Of a DNA stretch of 64,000 nucleotides, positions 1-11,300 are shown in pieces. Under the pieces are notes generated by a model. That model was given only the letters and a program-made list of their open reading frames with translations, did no database searches and was not told the origin of the DNA. Every line of letters starts with the position of its first letter. Position 1 is the first letter of the stretch. The position numbers and the translations under genes are program-made. This DNA comes from Psammoneis japonica (lineage: Eukaryota), in assembly GCA_008632985.1 (NCBI GenBank), contig QPGO01000001.1, positions 302,600 to 366,599 on the forward strand, given 5' to 3'.

Positions 1-97
1 AGAGGTGAGAACGCCGTGAGGTTTGGTGGAGCCTTTTATCGCATCACCTTTCATCCTTTCTTTGCTTGCACAGCATCCCCATATCATCCGTCACAGT

Positions 98-814
98 ATG
101 TTTCACTCCATGAGAAGACTTGTCATGACGACGACTTTGACGACGAGATCACGCTGCTGCCGTCACGTCCAACGATTTAACACAACAGATAATACCAAAA
201 ATAACAATATTGCAGCACAAGCACAAGAACAGCACGCCAACATTATGGAAGCCAAGGCTCAACGTGCCGCACAGTTGCATGCCGAGTTGGAAGAAATGTT
301 GTTGCAAAACGAAAAGCGACGAAAGGAAACGTCGGGCTTTCTGAATTTTCTCAAACAAAATTCATCGCAATTTGGATCCATTGGACTTTCCTTCTTGTTG
401 GTGATTTTTGCCTACCAAATTGTCGGAATGAAACAAGCGGCACGAAACTTGCAAGCGACGCTGGAAGAGAAGGAATTGGAATTGAAACAAGAGCGACAAG
501 TGATTCAATCGTTGCAAACCACCGAGTTTGCGGAAAAGGTGGCCAGCAAGTGTAACACGAACAATAGTAGCAGCAGAGGTTTCTGGAAAGGCAACAACAA
601 TACAGAGCTAGCACCCATTTTGTTGCAAGAATTGAAAAACCACATTGGTGACGCGGGTTTGACGCTGGAAGAAAAGAAAGAGAAAAAGGTGGCGCAGCTA
701 CAACAAACACAAGAAACACCACAAGATGCACTCTTGAACGAGCTCAACAAGGTGCAAATTGTAGACAAGGACGACGGCGAAACCGTAATCAAGAGACAAC
801 GATTTAGTATTTAG
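98..814 (+). CDS. Hypothetical coiled-coil, single-TM protein (possibly mitochondrial)
   Basis: Open frame 23-814, first ATG at 98; Arg/Thr-rich leader, one hydrophobic segment (IGLSFLLVIFAY), Glu/Lys/Gln coiled-coil stretches. Confidence 0.65.
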   Translation: MFHSMRRLVMTTTLTTRSRCCRHVQRFNTTDNTKNNNIAAQAQEQHANIMEAKAQRAAQLHAELEEMLLQNEKRRKETSGFLNFLKQNSSQFGSIGLSFLLVIFAYQIVGMKQAARNLQATLEEKELELKQERQVIQSLQTTEFAEKVASKCNTNNSSSRGFWKGNNNTELAPILLQELKNHIGDAGLTLEEKKEKKVAQLQQTQETPQDALLNELNKVQIVDKDDGETVIKRQRFSI

Positions 815-1313
815 ATAAATCCGGAAAGGCACCACTCCGATCTTCTAGACAATTCAATCGATTCAGTTCCAGCACGGCAGGTACTAGCGACTTTTTTGGC
901 TTTCGCAACACTGCCGCTTCCTTGGGTCGTCGTTTCCATACATTCTTGACCTTTCGGAATAGGTGAAACTTCTTGTTGCAGTGCGGATCCAATAGACTAA
1001 TCGTATCATCGTCATCTTCAGCCATGTGAATCTTGTGTTTGCCAAAGCAACGTTGCGTCTTGGGTGGTTCCACCTCGTCTATCGACCACGAGGTATCCGT
1101 ATGGGTCAATGCCAAGTCGTGATGATGATGATGATTGTCTTGATTTCGTTTCTTATTTCCCCAACAACCTGTGCTTCGTTGGTGTGGAAGGGTATCCAAA
1201 ACAGTATCATAGAGCTTGGAGAGAGTTTCATTGTATTCCGGATCGTCGTGTTGTGGATCCAACCGTGGCCGAACGCCGCCGCCGCCGGCAAGAGCCGACG
1301 TACACGATCCCAT
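804..1313 (-). CDS. Hypothetical protein with MGSC N-terminus (possible N-myristoylation/palmitoylation)
   Basis: ORF 804-1529; ATG at 1313 gives MGSCTSAL...; no recognisable domain. Confidence 0.45.
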   Translation of the reverse strand: MGSCTSALAGGGGVRPRLDPQHDDPEYNETLSKLYDTVLDTLPHQRSTGCWGNKKRNQDNHHHHHDLALTHTDTSWSIDEVEPPKTQRCFGKHKIHMAEDDDDTISLLDPHCNKKFHLFRKVKNVWKRRPKEAAVLRKPKKSLVPAVLELNRLNCLEDRSGAFPDLSKY

Positions 1314-1679
1314 GGTGGTTGTAATATTGTGCGACGACATGGTGACTATATTACAGCGCTTTATCGAAACAAGAACAACAAAAACTAGAACGACATACTT
1401 TATGGTTTGACCCGCAATCGAGGTTTTTGCCGTGACACCATGGCTATATCCGTTGATGGACTGGAAACCACAGTGACTCATCATGTGTTTTGTCACAGGC
1501 CGGCCTACGTTGAGTCGTGCATGACCCAAAAGAACAATCCCGGCTGGTTAGGCTTGGCTTTTCCTGCCATGCATGCTCTACAAGAACATTCCCGCGGGAC
1601 AGAGGAAACGATATTCTATTCTTTATTTTATGACTGTTCCAATGACAATGACATGAATCACAATTCTCTGTTATACTCT

Positions 1680-2998
1680 TTAGACTTCATTCCTTCTCTC
1701 CATGTCTCGAGCTTTCTTTTTCAAACTCTTGAGAGACAACGATTCTTGCGAGAAATCTTCCTCCTCCTCTTCTTCGTCATAATAATAGTCCTCGTAGTCT
1801 TCTTCGTTTCGATCATCATTCCAGTCACTGTCCTCATCGTACGAACCATGAATCCAATCGTATCCCTGATCATACGCAAGATCATCATCGTCCTCGTCCT
1901 GTTCTTGCTCCACATCATTCTTTTTGTGTTTATTGACTTGCATCATTTCTTCTCGAATTTCCTCGACACGCGTTTCACACGCTTCCATGATGATACTCCA
2001 CAATTGCTTAACACCTTGTCCCGTTGTCGCACTGACACAAAAGGGTTGTCCATCCGGTAAACCCAACGTCTCGCGAATCGACTCAAGATTGGCATCCAAT
2101 TCCTTTCCGGTAACTTTATCCGTTTTGGTTGCCACCACCATGATGGTAATCCCATGTCGTACAGTGCCGCCAAGACAGCCTTGTCGTCTTGAGTAGGTAC
2201 GGCTCGACGAATATCTACCAATAAGATTCCCAAGGCGAGTTCGTTTCGTTTTTGCAAATACCGTTCTGCCGCAACTTGAACGGACTCTTTGGTTTCCTTG
2301 CTCAATTTGGCATAACCAAATCCCGGCAAATCGACCAAACCCAACAAGGGCTTGTTATTGTTGCTTTCCAAACAATACAAATTAACTGACGCCGTGGCAC
2401 CCGGTGTCTTGCCGACACGAGCCTCTTGGGAGGACGCCAAGCTATTGAGTAGACTGGATTTGCCAACATTGGAACGTCCCAAAAAGGCCACTTCGGGGAC
2501 ACCGAGTTGGGGTGGTAGCTGTCGATTTAAAGTAGCACCCACAAATTTCAATTGTCCCACTCCAAATTTACATCTTGACCATTTTAATAACAATTGCTCC
2601 GAAGCCGTCAAAAAGGAACTATCCAGAGTATTCGTTGCTTCATCTTCGTCTAACAACTGAATGTTGGTATCACCACTCTGTTGAACTAATTCACGACGCT
2701 CCTTTTCCTTTTGTAAATTCTTTTTCGCATCCTTGGTCGATAATACCTTCCACGGTGGAGCGTGTTTTTGTGGCTTGCTCATCATTGCCATATGTTATTG
2801 TCGCTTGTCTTTTTCTTTTTGTTCTTTCCAACTGTTTTCTTTTTCTTTTTTGGCTGTATTCTTTTTCTTGTGCTGTTTTGCACACAAGGTTGAATAGGAA
2901 TGGTGGTGCGGTGCTGTTGTTGTGGGGACAAAGCCTTCCACAACATGGTAGAGGAAGAACCATGGCACCAAGACGACGCAAAACAGGAGCGGCGTCAT
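1680..2998 (-). CDS. engB: EngB/YsxC-type ribosome-biogenesis GTPase, probably plastid-targeted; interrupted as assembled
   Basis: G1 GRSNVGKSS, G2 KTPGAT, G3 DLPGFG, G4 TKTD, G5 VSA; signal peptide ending VEG-FVP; acidic tail; in-frame TAA at 2795-2797 and frameshift near 2145. Confidence 0.85.
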
Positions 2999-3299
2999 GG
3001 TGAGAAACGAAAAAATGTGAGGGCGGTGCGGGCGGTGGACGCGTCATCGTGGGAGGACAGACAGACGACCAATCTTTTCATCATTGCACTAGAGTATTCA
3101 AAGATAAATAAGATATTTTGTATGAAATGTATTCATGTTCATAGTAAACGATTAAAAAATCTTATGCCCTCAAAATTTCAAAAATCAAAATCGAAAAATC
3201 GCCCGACGACGACTCAAACCCACAAAACATCATCCCTCTCGTCACCATCATTCGCATTGCTCATTGACACTGATACAAAGGAGCCTCGATGTTTTGAAA

Positions 3300-4831
3300 A
3301 TGGCAGAGCATCATGATGGGCATATTCGCCGTCGTGTGTTTTATTCGATCAAGCAGATTTGGTACTTTGTGTTTATGAGTTTTTTTTTGAAAGATTCTTG
3401 TCTGTTTGGCAGGAGCATTACCAATTCGCAGCAGAGACGACTCCTATACACGCAGTAGTGAACAAGAGTAGCAATTCATCGTTTGAAGATGATAACAAGA
3501 ACAAAAATGAGTCACACACAGTATTGAAGAATAGTCGCAATACATCTTTTGAAGATGATATCAAGAACAACAACACTTCTTTAAACAAAGAACAATCACG
3601 TTGGCTACAATTCCGACAAGAGTATCGGCGGCGACATGATCGCCACGCACCAGACACGTTGAGGCAATGGCTAGCGTTTGCTATTGAGAATAATTGCGAA
3701 ACAACAAGGTTTTATGATTCCATCAATCATCACCTTGAATTCTATCGCAATTCGTCCTTGTCACTCGACGACATTGTTCCAGGTGCCTCCAAGTATACAA
3801 ATTTTTTCGTTGCCTTTTCTCTGGAAAACAACACTTTGACTGTGGAGCAATACAAAGTTCCAGGAAGGCGGTTTGAAGCAAAATTCAATGAATCCATAAC
3901 GCGTTTACGATTCCTACTGCGTCCATTGGTGGAACACAAGCCACCCATTCGAACCAAATTTGTCATGGATCTCGATGACAAGGGAAAAGAAAACAACATT
4001 GGCGAGTTTCCCCTATTTTCTTGCAATCATGTATTCGCGCATCCCAATCAAGATTCGACCTTTGAAAAGCCAATGAATTGGACACAAGCATTACTTCCAA
4101 GCGGTAATGCCCGTGATCTACTAGTTCCCTATAAATGGAGTATTGCTCCCGAACACAAACCCGCACGACAGCGACGGTCTCGAGGACGCGCATGGAAAAA
4201 GCGAGACGACGTTATTGTTTGGAGAGGCTCAACTACGGGACAGTGGTTTAGTGGACCACGATTCAAGCTTCTCGAACAATTTGGCGGGACGAGTGTCCAT
4301 CCAATTGCTCCTAATGTTTCCGTGGACGTTGATTTTGCGTTTGTGACTCCGCTCGTACACAGTGACGGAAGAGACTTGGATGCCAGTAAATATCGAGTCG
4401 CAGATAAAATTACCTATGGTGATATGCAAAAGCACAAGTACATTATGGATGTGGATGGTCATGGTAGGTTGTTGGATTGTTCCGTTATATTAATTAGGGA
4501 TTGGCAATAATCTCACTCTCTTCTTCTTCTTCCCGCCACAGCCTTCTCAGGACGATTCCCAAGTCTCTTGGACTCAGGATCCCTCGTGTTTAAATCAACC
4601 AGGTATCAAGAGTGGTTTACCGAACGTGTCGTCCCCTGGGTGGATTACGTTCCAGTCAAATACGATCTGAGCGATCTGGTCGAAAAAGTCGAGTGGGCCC
4701 ATTCTCATCCAGAGCTTGCTGCTCGTATTGCAAGACATGCTCGATCGACCGCCGAGAATAATCTTCGACGAGAGGATCAGCAATGCCATACATACAGACT
4801 TCTCTTAGAATATCATGATTTGTTTGATTGA
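3300..4831 (+). CDS. Glycosyltransferase family 90 (CAP10/KDELC-like), paralogue A
   Basis: WRGSTTG, KYIMDVDG..FSGR, YVPVKYDLSDL motifs; intron 4464-4540 (GT..AG) restores DGHAFSGRF; frameshift in poly-T near 3380-3388. Confidence 0.85.
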
Positions 4832-7137
4832 TTCAACAATGTAAGAACGTGGTGGAAATACAGCGCACAAGTGATGCACTTGACCGTCATAAAAGAAGCT
4901 GCAGTCAGACATAACCAGAGAATGAGTAGGCATCATACCTCAGTGTTTGTCATACTTTTAGATAACGCATAACTTAATGTGATGGTAAAACCAAGAATCG
5001 GCATGAATCTGCGCGCTGTTCTGACCTCCGGGATCTATGTGAGCATGCGGCAATCCTTGTCCTTTTGATTGGTGCAGCCGATGCCTTTGTCTGGAAATCG
5101 TTTTGTGCAGACGACATTTTTTGTGGAAGTTCTTGGCCTCGTGCTGGTGTTCCTTGCAGATTTCGCATGCGGATTTGCAGTCGTGGTGCTTAACGGGATT
5201 ATTTTCTCTTTCCAGCTTCCATGCTGCTTCAAAAAATCACCCTCTTCTGCAACACATGCAGCTCTCTCTGCGGTGGCAGTCTTGGCTTGGGAATGGCCGC
5301 AATCCTTCTCTGGGCTTAGTTGGAAAACAGACAACTTGTCAATGGAGCTGCAGCATGAATTGAAGGCATCTTGTGCAGTGTCATGCACCAGCTGATGCTG
5401 CGGGGGTGACCACACCAACCAGGTTTTGAGTGTGCTGGTGAGCATGATCTTCCAACTCTCTCATTTTGGGTGAGTCCTTGCCATCTAGAAACTCAGCATG
5501 AGTGCCCAAATGTGATGCCTCTGAATGGCCTTGAGTTCCTGGAACCATTCTTCCAATGTGTGGTGTTTTTGGTGCAGGTCACAACCACGTGAGCTTTGTG
5601 TGTCCCTCCTTGAGCAAGTGTTCCCCTCCTCACAGAGGAGGTCATCATCTGGGTGTGCAACTGCCATCAACACAGAATGCTTTTTGATGCCCTTGGCAGT
5701 CAGGAGTGCGTTTTGCCTTTGATTTTGTCATTCATCTTTTTTGCTTTTGTTGTCATGAATGATGGCCTTAAATTTGATGCAATCTGTGCAGAGACAAGAG
5801 CAAAGCCTCACTTTCAACTCATTTGCCACCACTTGTTTCTTTTTAGAGATCATCATGTTGCTTTTCATCTCATTCACCTTGTCACCCCCAGTGTTGTTCA
5901 TGGCCAAACAGTTGACACTGTTCACTGCAAAGCTGAGAGCACCGCTTGCTGACCACATTTTTCTTGAATCTTGTCAGCTCCAGTGCAACCTGCACTGAGT
6001 GCTGTGGGTGGTGGCTTGCTTGCCACATGGCCCCATCATCACAGTGAGCAAACATGTGGTTGCTTTTGAGTGAGGGAAAAAAGCAGCCAATCATGCGTGT
6101 GGCACAGAGGAACTTGATGGACAGACTTCTTGGGCCAGTTGTTTGCCTGGTCTGGAAGCTTTGGCAAATCTTCATGATTTGGGTGGCTGTTGATCATGGT
6201 GTGCTGGGAACAAGGCACGGCACCTCACAGAGAGTTGTGACAATGTGGTCTGTGTGGCAACTTTGTGCAAAATGATCTTGCTCACTTTGGCTCTCACTGT
6301 TTTTAGCTTGCTGCCATCTCCCATTTTCTTTCAGACCAACGGATTCCCAAAATGTTTTGTTCATGTGCCAAGAGTCACCTCACATTGGCTTTGGGATTTC
6401 TCACTTGCATGGTGCAAATGTCTCTGCCAACAACTCCAAAAATGCTCCAGCCACTCCACAGAACAAAACTTGGAAAATGCAAGAAACTGATGCTTTGGGA
6501 ACCTTGGCTTCACTGTTGCTGCCAGCAATCCCCTTCTTGGAGACTTCATTGGTGAAAAGGAAGTTTTCAACTGCTGGACAGCCAAGAAATCCAAGGCTCC
6601 TGCACCTTGACCATCCGGGAATGGAGGCCGTGGAGAGATGTTGCTTCTTGCTTGAGGCTGGTGGGAAAAACAACAGAGCTCTGTCGCTGACATTAAAGCC
6701 GCTGATGTTGGCAGATGCCCCATCACACCAACCATCCAAGAAGGCACCAAAACAGGTCCTGTTGAGTCCCAAAAGGAGAAAAAGTGGAAGCATCTCAAGC
6801 CATGCCTTCAGCAGCATTGTCATCATTTCATGCCAGCAGCAGTGTTTTTGCATGATGGAGGACCAGCTGGCAAAGAAGAGGCCCAAGCATCCCCAAGGCT
6901 GATTGCAGCATGACTTTTCTGCAAACTGCAAAAACCTCATTTGGGAGCGCCGCGCACAAGCTCGTCAATGCAAGGATGGAAGCTGCAGCTGTGAGGACAG
7001 CTCACCTTGGCCTCAGAGGCCCCCACTGTCTCTCTGTCAGCATCAACCCAAGATGTGATGACTGATTGCACATGTGGGGATGCATTGCTGTCACCTGGTG
7101 GCAAGGTGCCATCTGCACACCAAGTGTTCAATCATGT

Positions 7138-7414
7138 CAACAGGATTTGAACAGGATTTAGGTGCGCGCGACATGTCGCGCGCTGTCCAGTTTGCCGCGC
7201 ACAGTTTTGTGTGCTTCAGTTCCGCGCGTTCGCGCACGGTGCAGTTTGCTTTCGAGCCACAAGGCTCACAAGAACAATGACAGTAGCCCGATTGTGCCGA
7301 CTTTGCACGTCTTTCGGCTCCTGCAACTGTCTCTGAGCGGAGACTCATCTGCCATTTAGACAGCAGCAAGGAGTTGTTGTTTGAATTCTTGCCATTTGCC
7401 TTCAATTTCTGTCA
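7138..7414 (+). repeat. 5' LTR (about 277 bp)
   Basis: 7138-7321 aligns with 13956-14124; ends CTGTCA, the inverted repeat of the 3' LTR start TGACAG. Confidence 0.8.
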
Positions 7415-7432
7415 GATTAACAGTCTTGCTCA
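7415..7432 (+). promoter_or_regulatory. Putative primer-binding site
   Basis: GATTAACAGTCTTGCTCA abuts the inferred LTR end; reverse complement contains CTGTTAA, a tRNA-Asn(GUU) anticodon loop. Confidence 0.45.
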
Positions 7433-8336
7433 TTGTCAACCCATTGAGCAACCGCCATCGTCGTCGTTGATTTACCGACGATGACACTTCAATTCTGCAT
7501 GGATCTCCGCATGTGTTCTATGCACATCGGCAAGTCTGCGCGCATTCAATGCCAGGCATCGGCAGGAAGTTAACGTCACCGTCAAATCTCCTCACCGCTG
7601 GACATCTGGATTGATTGTGCTGCCTCTTGTCGCTGAAGACATGCATTCAACGGTCACATCCAAGTCTGTCCTTGATCCTCATCCCTTGACATGCCCATTC
7701 AACGGTCAACGGTCAAGAACCCTGCACATTCAAGGATCTTCGTCGCTGAAGACACACACACATCCACATCTTCACGGCCAAGAACTTGCACCCACTCTTT
7801 GGACTGCGGCTTTGCTGCCACTCTACAAGCACACCGAGTCCATTGCACCTGATCCACCCCAGACTGCTGGTGCTCTGCAGTTCCACTGGGTCCACGAGGA
7901 CGACTGTGAGAGCAAGCAGCCGTGATTGCAGCCTACGTTGGGGCGAGGGTGTTTTTTCCCGCGTTTGTTCGTTCGTCCACAGCGCCTGACGCCTGCATCA
8001 ACTGGCCAGCCTGATCGGGAAATCCAACCGACATAAAACAAGAACGGTTTGGGGGTCTTGTCCACCTCCAGTCAGCTCACCTGCAGGGGTTTGCAACCCG
8101 CTGCTGCGCTCGCAAGCAACCCAAAGCGCCACTGGCTGCGGGTTCAGACCTGCCGGCACAACTCTGCGGACCGGATGGGAAGTTTAGCACTTGACAACAA
8201 ACGGGACAGCACAGCCCGGCAACTTCTGATTTTAAGGCAGTTCAAGATTTCAAGTCAAGTCCATTCTCACCCAAGTTTCAAGTCTGCCTTCGCGTCCCAA
8301 CAAGAGTCGCTTGTCCTGACACCACTTTTGTCTGCC

Positions 8337-11300
8337 ATGGTTCTCACTCGTCAGCAACAAACCGATGGTTTCGAGCACGTTGTTGGAACCGTGCTTGCCC
8401 AAGGTGCTGGGAGCCCTCTTCGTTTGGCTTTGACCCATGACGGCACGGACTTGCATCAAGAACTGTTCACGTTCACACCGTCCCAAATCGACTCGCTTGA
8501 GTGCGACAACGGCACTGATGTGATCCCTTTGCCCCACGGTTGTAAGAACATGTTAGCAGCTCTAGTTGGTCTGCACATTGTCAAAGCACATGAAGGTCTT
8601 GACGTTGCCAATGACTCCTCGTTGTTCACGCATGAGGAGTTCCTTGCCCGCCGCCTCAGCCCCGACTGCATGTCTTCTGTGTCCGTCGGCAGCTTGCCCC
8701 TCGCACCTCTGCATGTCACCAACCCGACCAAGGCACGCGACCCGGTGTTGGACTTCAAGCAAGGCATCAAGCGTGACCCCACCACTTTCACGGCTCTCAA
8801 ATCCGACAAGCAGTGGCACACTTGGCACACCTCACTTGTGGCACAAGCCCGTGCCCAAGACGTCAAGTGCATTCTAGACTCGTCGTACAAACCGACCAGC
8901 CCCGAAGACAAACTGCTCTTTGCTGAACAGCAAAAGCACAAGTTCGCTGTCTTTGAATGCATCCTTCTCACCGACAAGGGCAAGGCTCTCATTCGCGAAA
9001 ATGTGGGGTCTTCTGACGCCCAGACCGTCTGCCGCGCCTTGTCCGAGCATGCGCTCGCCTCCACCCGCGCTTCCATCGAGTCCTCCACCTTGCTCATGCA
9101 CCTTGCCACCGCACGTCTTGGTGATGGCACTTAAAAAGGTCCGACCCACGGGTTCATCCTTCATTGGCAAGATCAGCTGCGCAAGCATGGGGCACTCATC
9201 CCGGCCAGTGACCACTTCTCTGAAGGGCAGAAGCGTGTCATGCTCGAGAATGCCGCACATCCTGTCGAGGAACTCCGTGCCGTCAAGAACCAAGCTGATC
9301 AGCATCGCACGCAGAGTGGCAAGAGCCTCACATGCGATCAACATTGTGGCTTGCTCCTCTCCGCGGCGGCTCAATGCGACAGCATGTTTCAACCCAAGAC
9401 GACACCTCGAGCTCCCCGACGTGCCACACACGCACACGACGTCTGCTCCGAGGAACCATCCGATGATGTGTTCCATGACATCGACAGCGACATTGACGTC
9501 CTTCAGGCCAACGCTGCCTGCACCCGTGGTCCCAGCCTCACCGGTGACCAGTGGAAACGTCTCCCTCCCGACCACCAACAGATTTGGGATTCGTTGCCCC
9601 ATTCCTCCAAGGCAATCATCCTTGAGCATTCTCGTCCGCCTCCCCGCCACCCGCGAGCCAGCAACTGCCATGAGTCCGTTGCGGTCAACCTTCATGACCA
9701 ACGACTTGGGAGTGACGGTGATGTCAACTTGTCCAACACGACTCCTGCTGACTCTGGTGACCCTGCTCCAAATGTGGATGCCACTTCAGATGATCCCATT
9801 CTGGCACACCTCACCAAGCGCAAGCCACCACCACCCGGTGATCTGCAACGCCTGTTGTCTCCTAACCAACCCCCCAATGCTGGTCGACCGGGCCCATCCG
9901 CCGCTCCCTCTACCTCGCCTGCTCCTGCAGATGACACAGAACTTGGCGGCCGCACTCACCGCCGCGTTGACAACCACAATGTCATTTGCTCTGCCTCCGC
10001 TCATCGCTCCACACGCACTGGTGCTCTGGTCAATCGTGGAGCCAATGGCGGCATTGCTGGCGACGACGTTCACGTCATTGCATGCACCTCTTGCCAAGTC
10101 GACGTTCAGGGCATTGACGACCATCAATTGGTGGACATCCCCATTGTCGCCACTGGTGCCGTCATTGAGACACAGCGTGGTCCCATCATCGCCATCCTCC
10201 ATCAGTGCGCATGCACGGGAAAGGGCAAGACCATTCATTCCTGCGGCCAGCTCGAATGGCACAAACATGATGTCAACGATCGCTCTGTCAAGGTGCCCAA
10301 CGGCTTGCAACGTGTCGCCACCCCTGATGGCTGTGTCATCCCAATTGACATCAAGGGCGGCCTGCCTCATGTTGCCATGCGTCCCTGCACTGACGCCGAA
10401 TGGGACACCCTGCCCCATGTCATCCTTGCCAGTGATGACACATGGGATCCTTCCATCCTTGATCACTCTGTCACTGATGATGACCAGCGGTGCGACGCGA
10501 TCTCTGACCTGCAGGACGATCCCACTGCCAACCCATTTGATGAATGCGGCAACTGCCGTCACCGTGTCGTTGTCAACAAGGCCATCATGTCCGCCTCCTT
10601 GTCTGCCGATCACGCATCCATCCTCGATGACCACCTCATTCCGCATGACGACGTGTTCTGCGAGTGTCATCTGCATGCGATTGACCCCAAGGACGACGAC
10701 GTTCCGCCCCCGGAGTGCACTGTGCAGCCCAAGGACCCCCCCTGCGAGTCTCTTCGGCCTTGCTTTGGTTTCCAACCTGCCGATGCGGTTCGTCGTACTT
10801 TCGACTGCACCGCGCAGTGCGCCCGCATGCCCGCTGGTGCACACCTTCAGAAGGCCTGCAAATCGCCCAACCCCGCCCTCAATGTGCACCGCCGCAACGA
10901 GCCCATCGCCACTGACACCATTTGTGCCGACACCCCGGCCATCGACTCTGGTTGCACCAGCGCCCAACTGTTTGTTGGCACCGAGTCTACTGTCACTGAC
11001 GTCTGCGGCACCAAAACGGACAAAGAGTTTGTCAACACACTCGAGGATCAGATCCGTGAGCGTGGTGCTCCATCCAAACTCATCAGCGACCATGCTCAAG
11101 TTGAGATCAGCAACAAGGTGCTTGGGATCCTACGAGCCCTCTTCATCTCCCCAGCTGGCAAAGTGAGCCTCACCAGCAACACCAAAACTTTGCCGAACAT
11201 CGATGCCAGACCGTGAAGTGCGTGGCGAACACTGTCATGGATCGTTTTGGTTCGCCTGCCCACACATGGCTGCTGGCACTCATGCACATGTGCTTCATGC

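Noticed and set aside
1407..2060. Hydrophobic 217-aa + strand ORF
   Set aside because: Antisense of the acidic EngB tail
8920..11166. 748-aa alternate-frame ORF and antisense ORFs (9786-11099, 8874-9701, 12275-13027)
   Set aside because: Shadow frames of gag-pol opened by loss of TAA/TAG; no domain motifs
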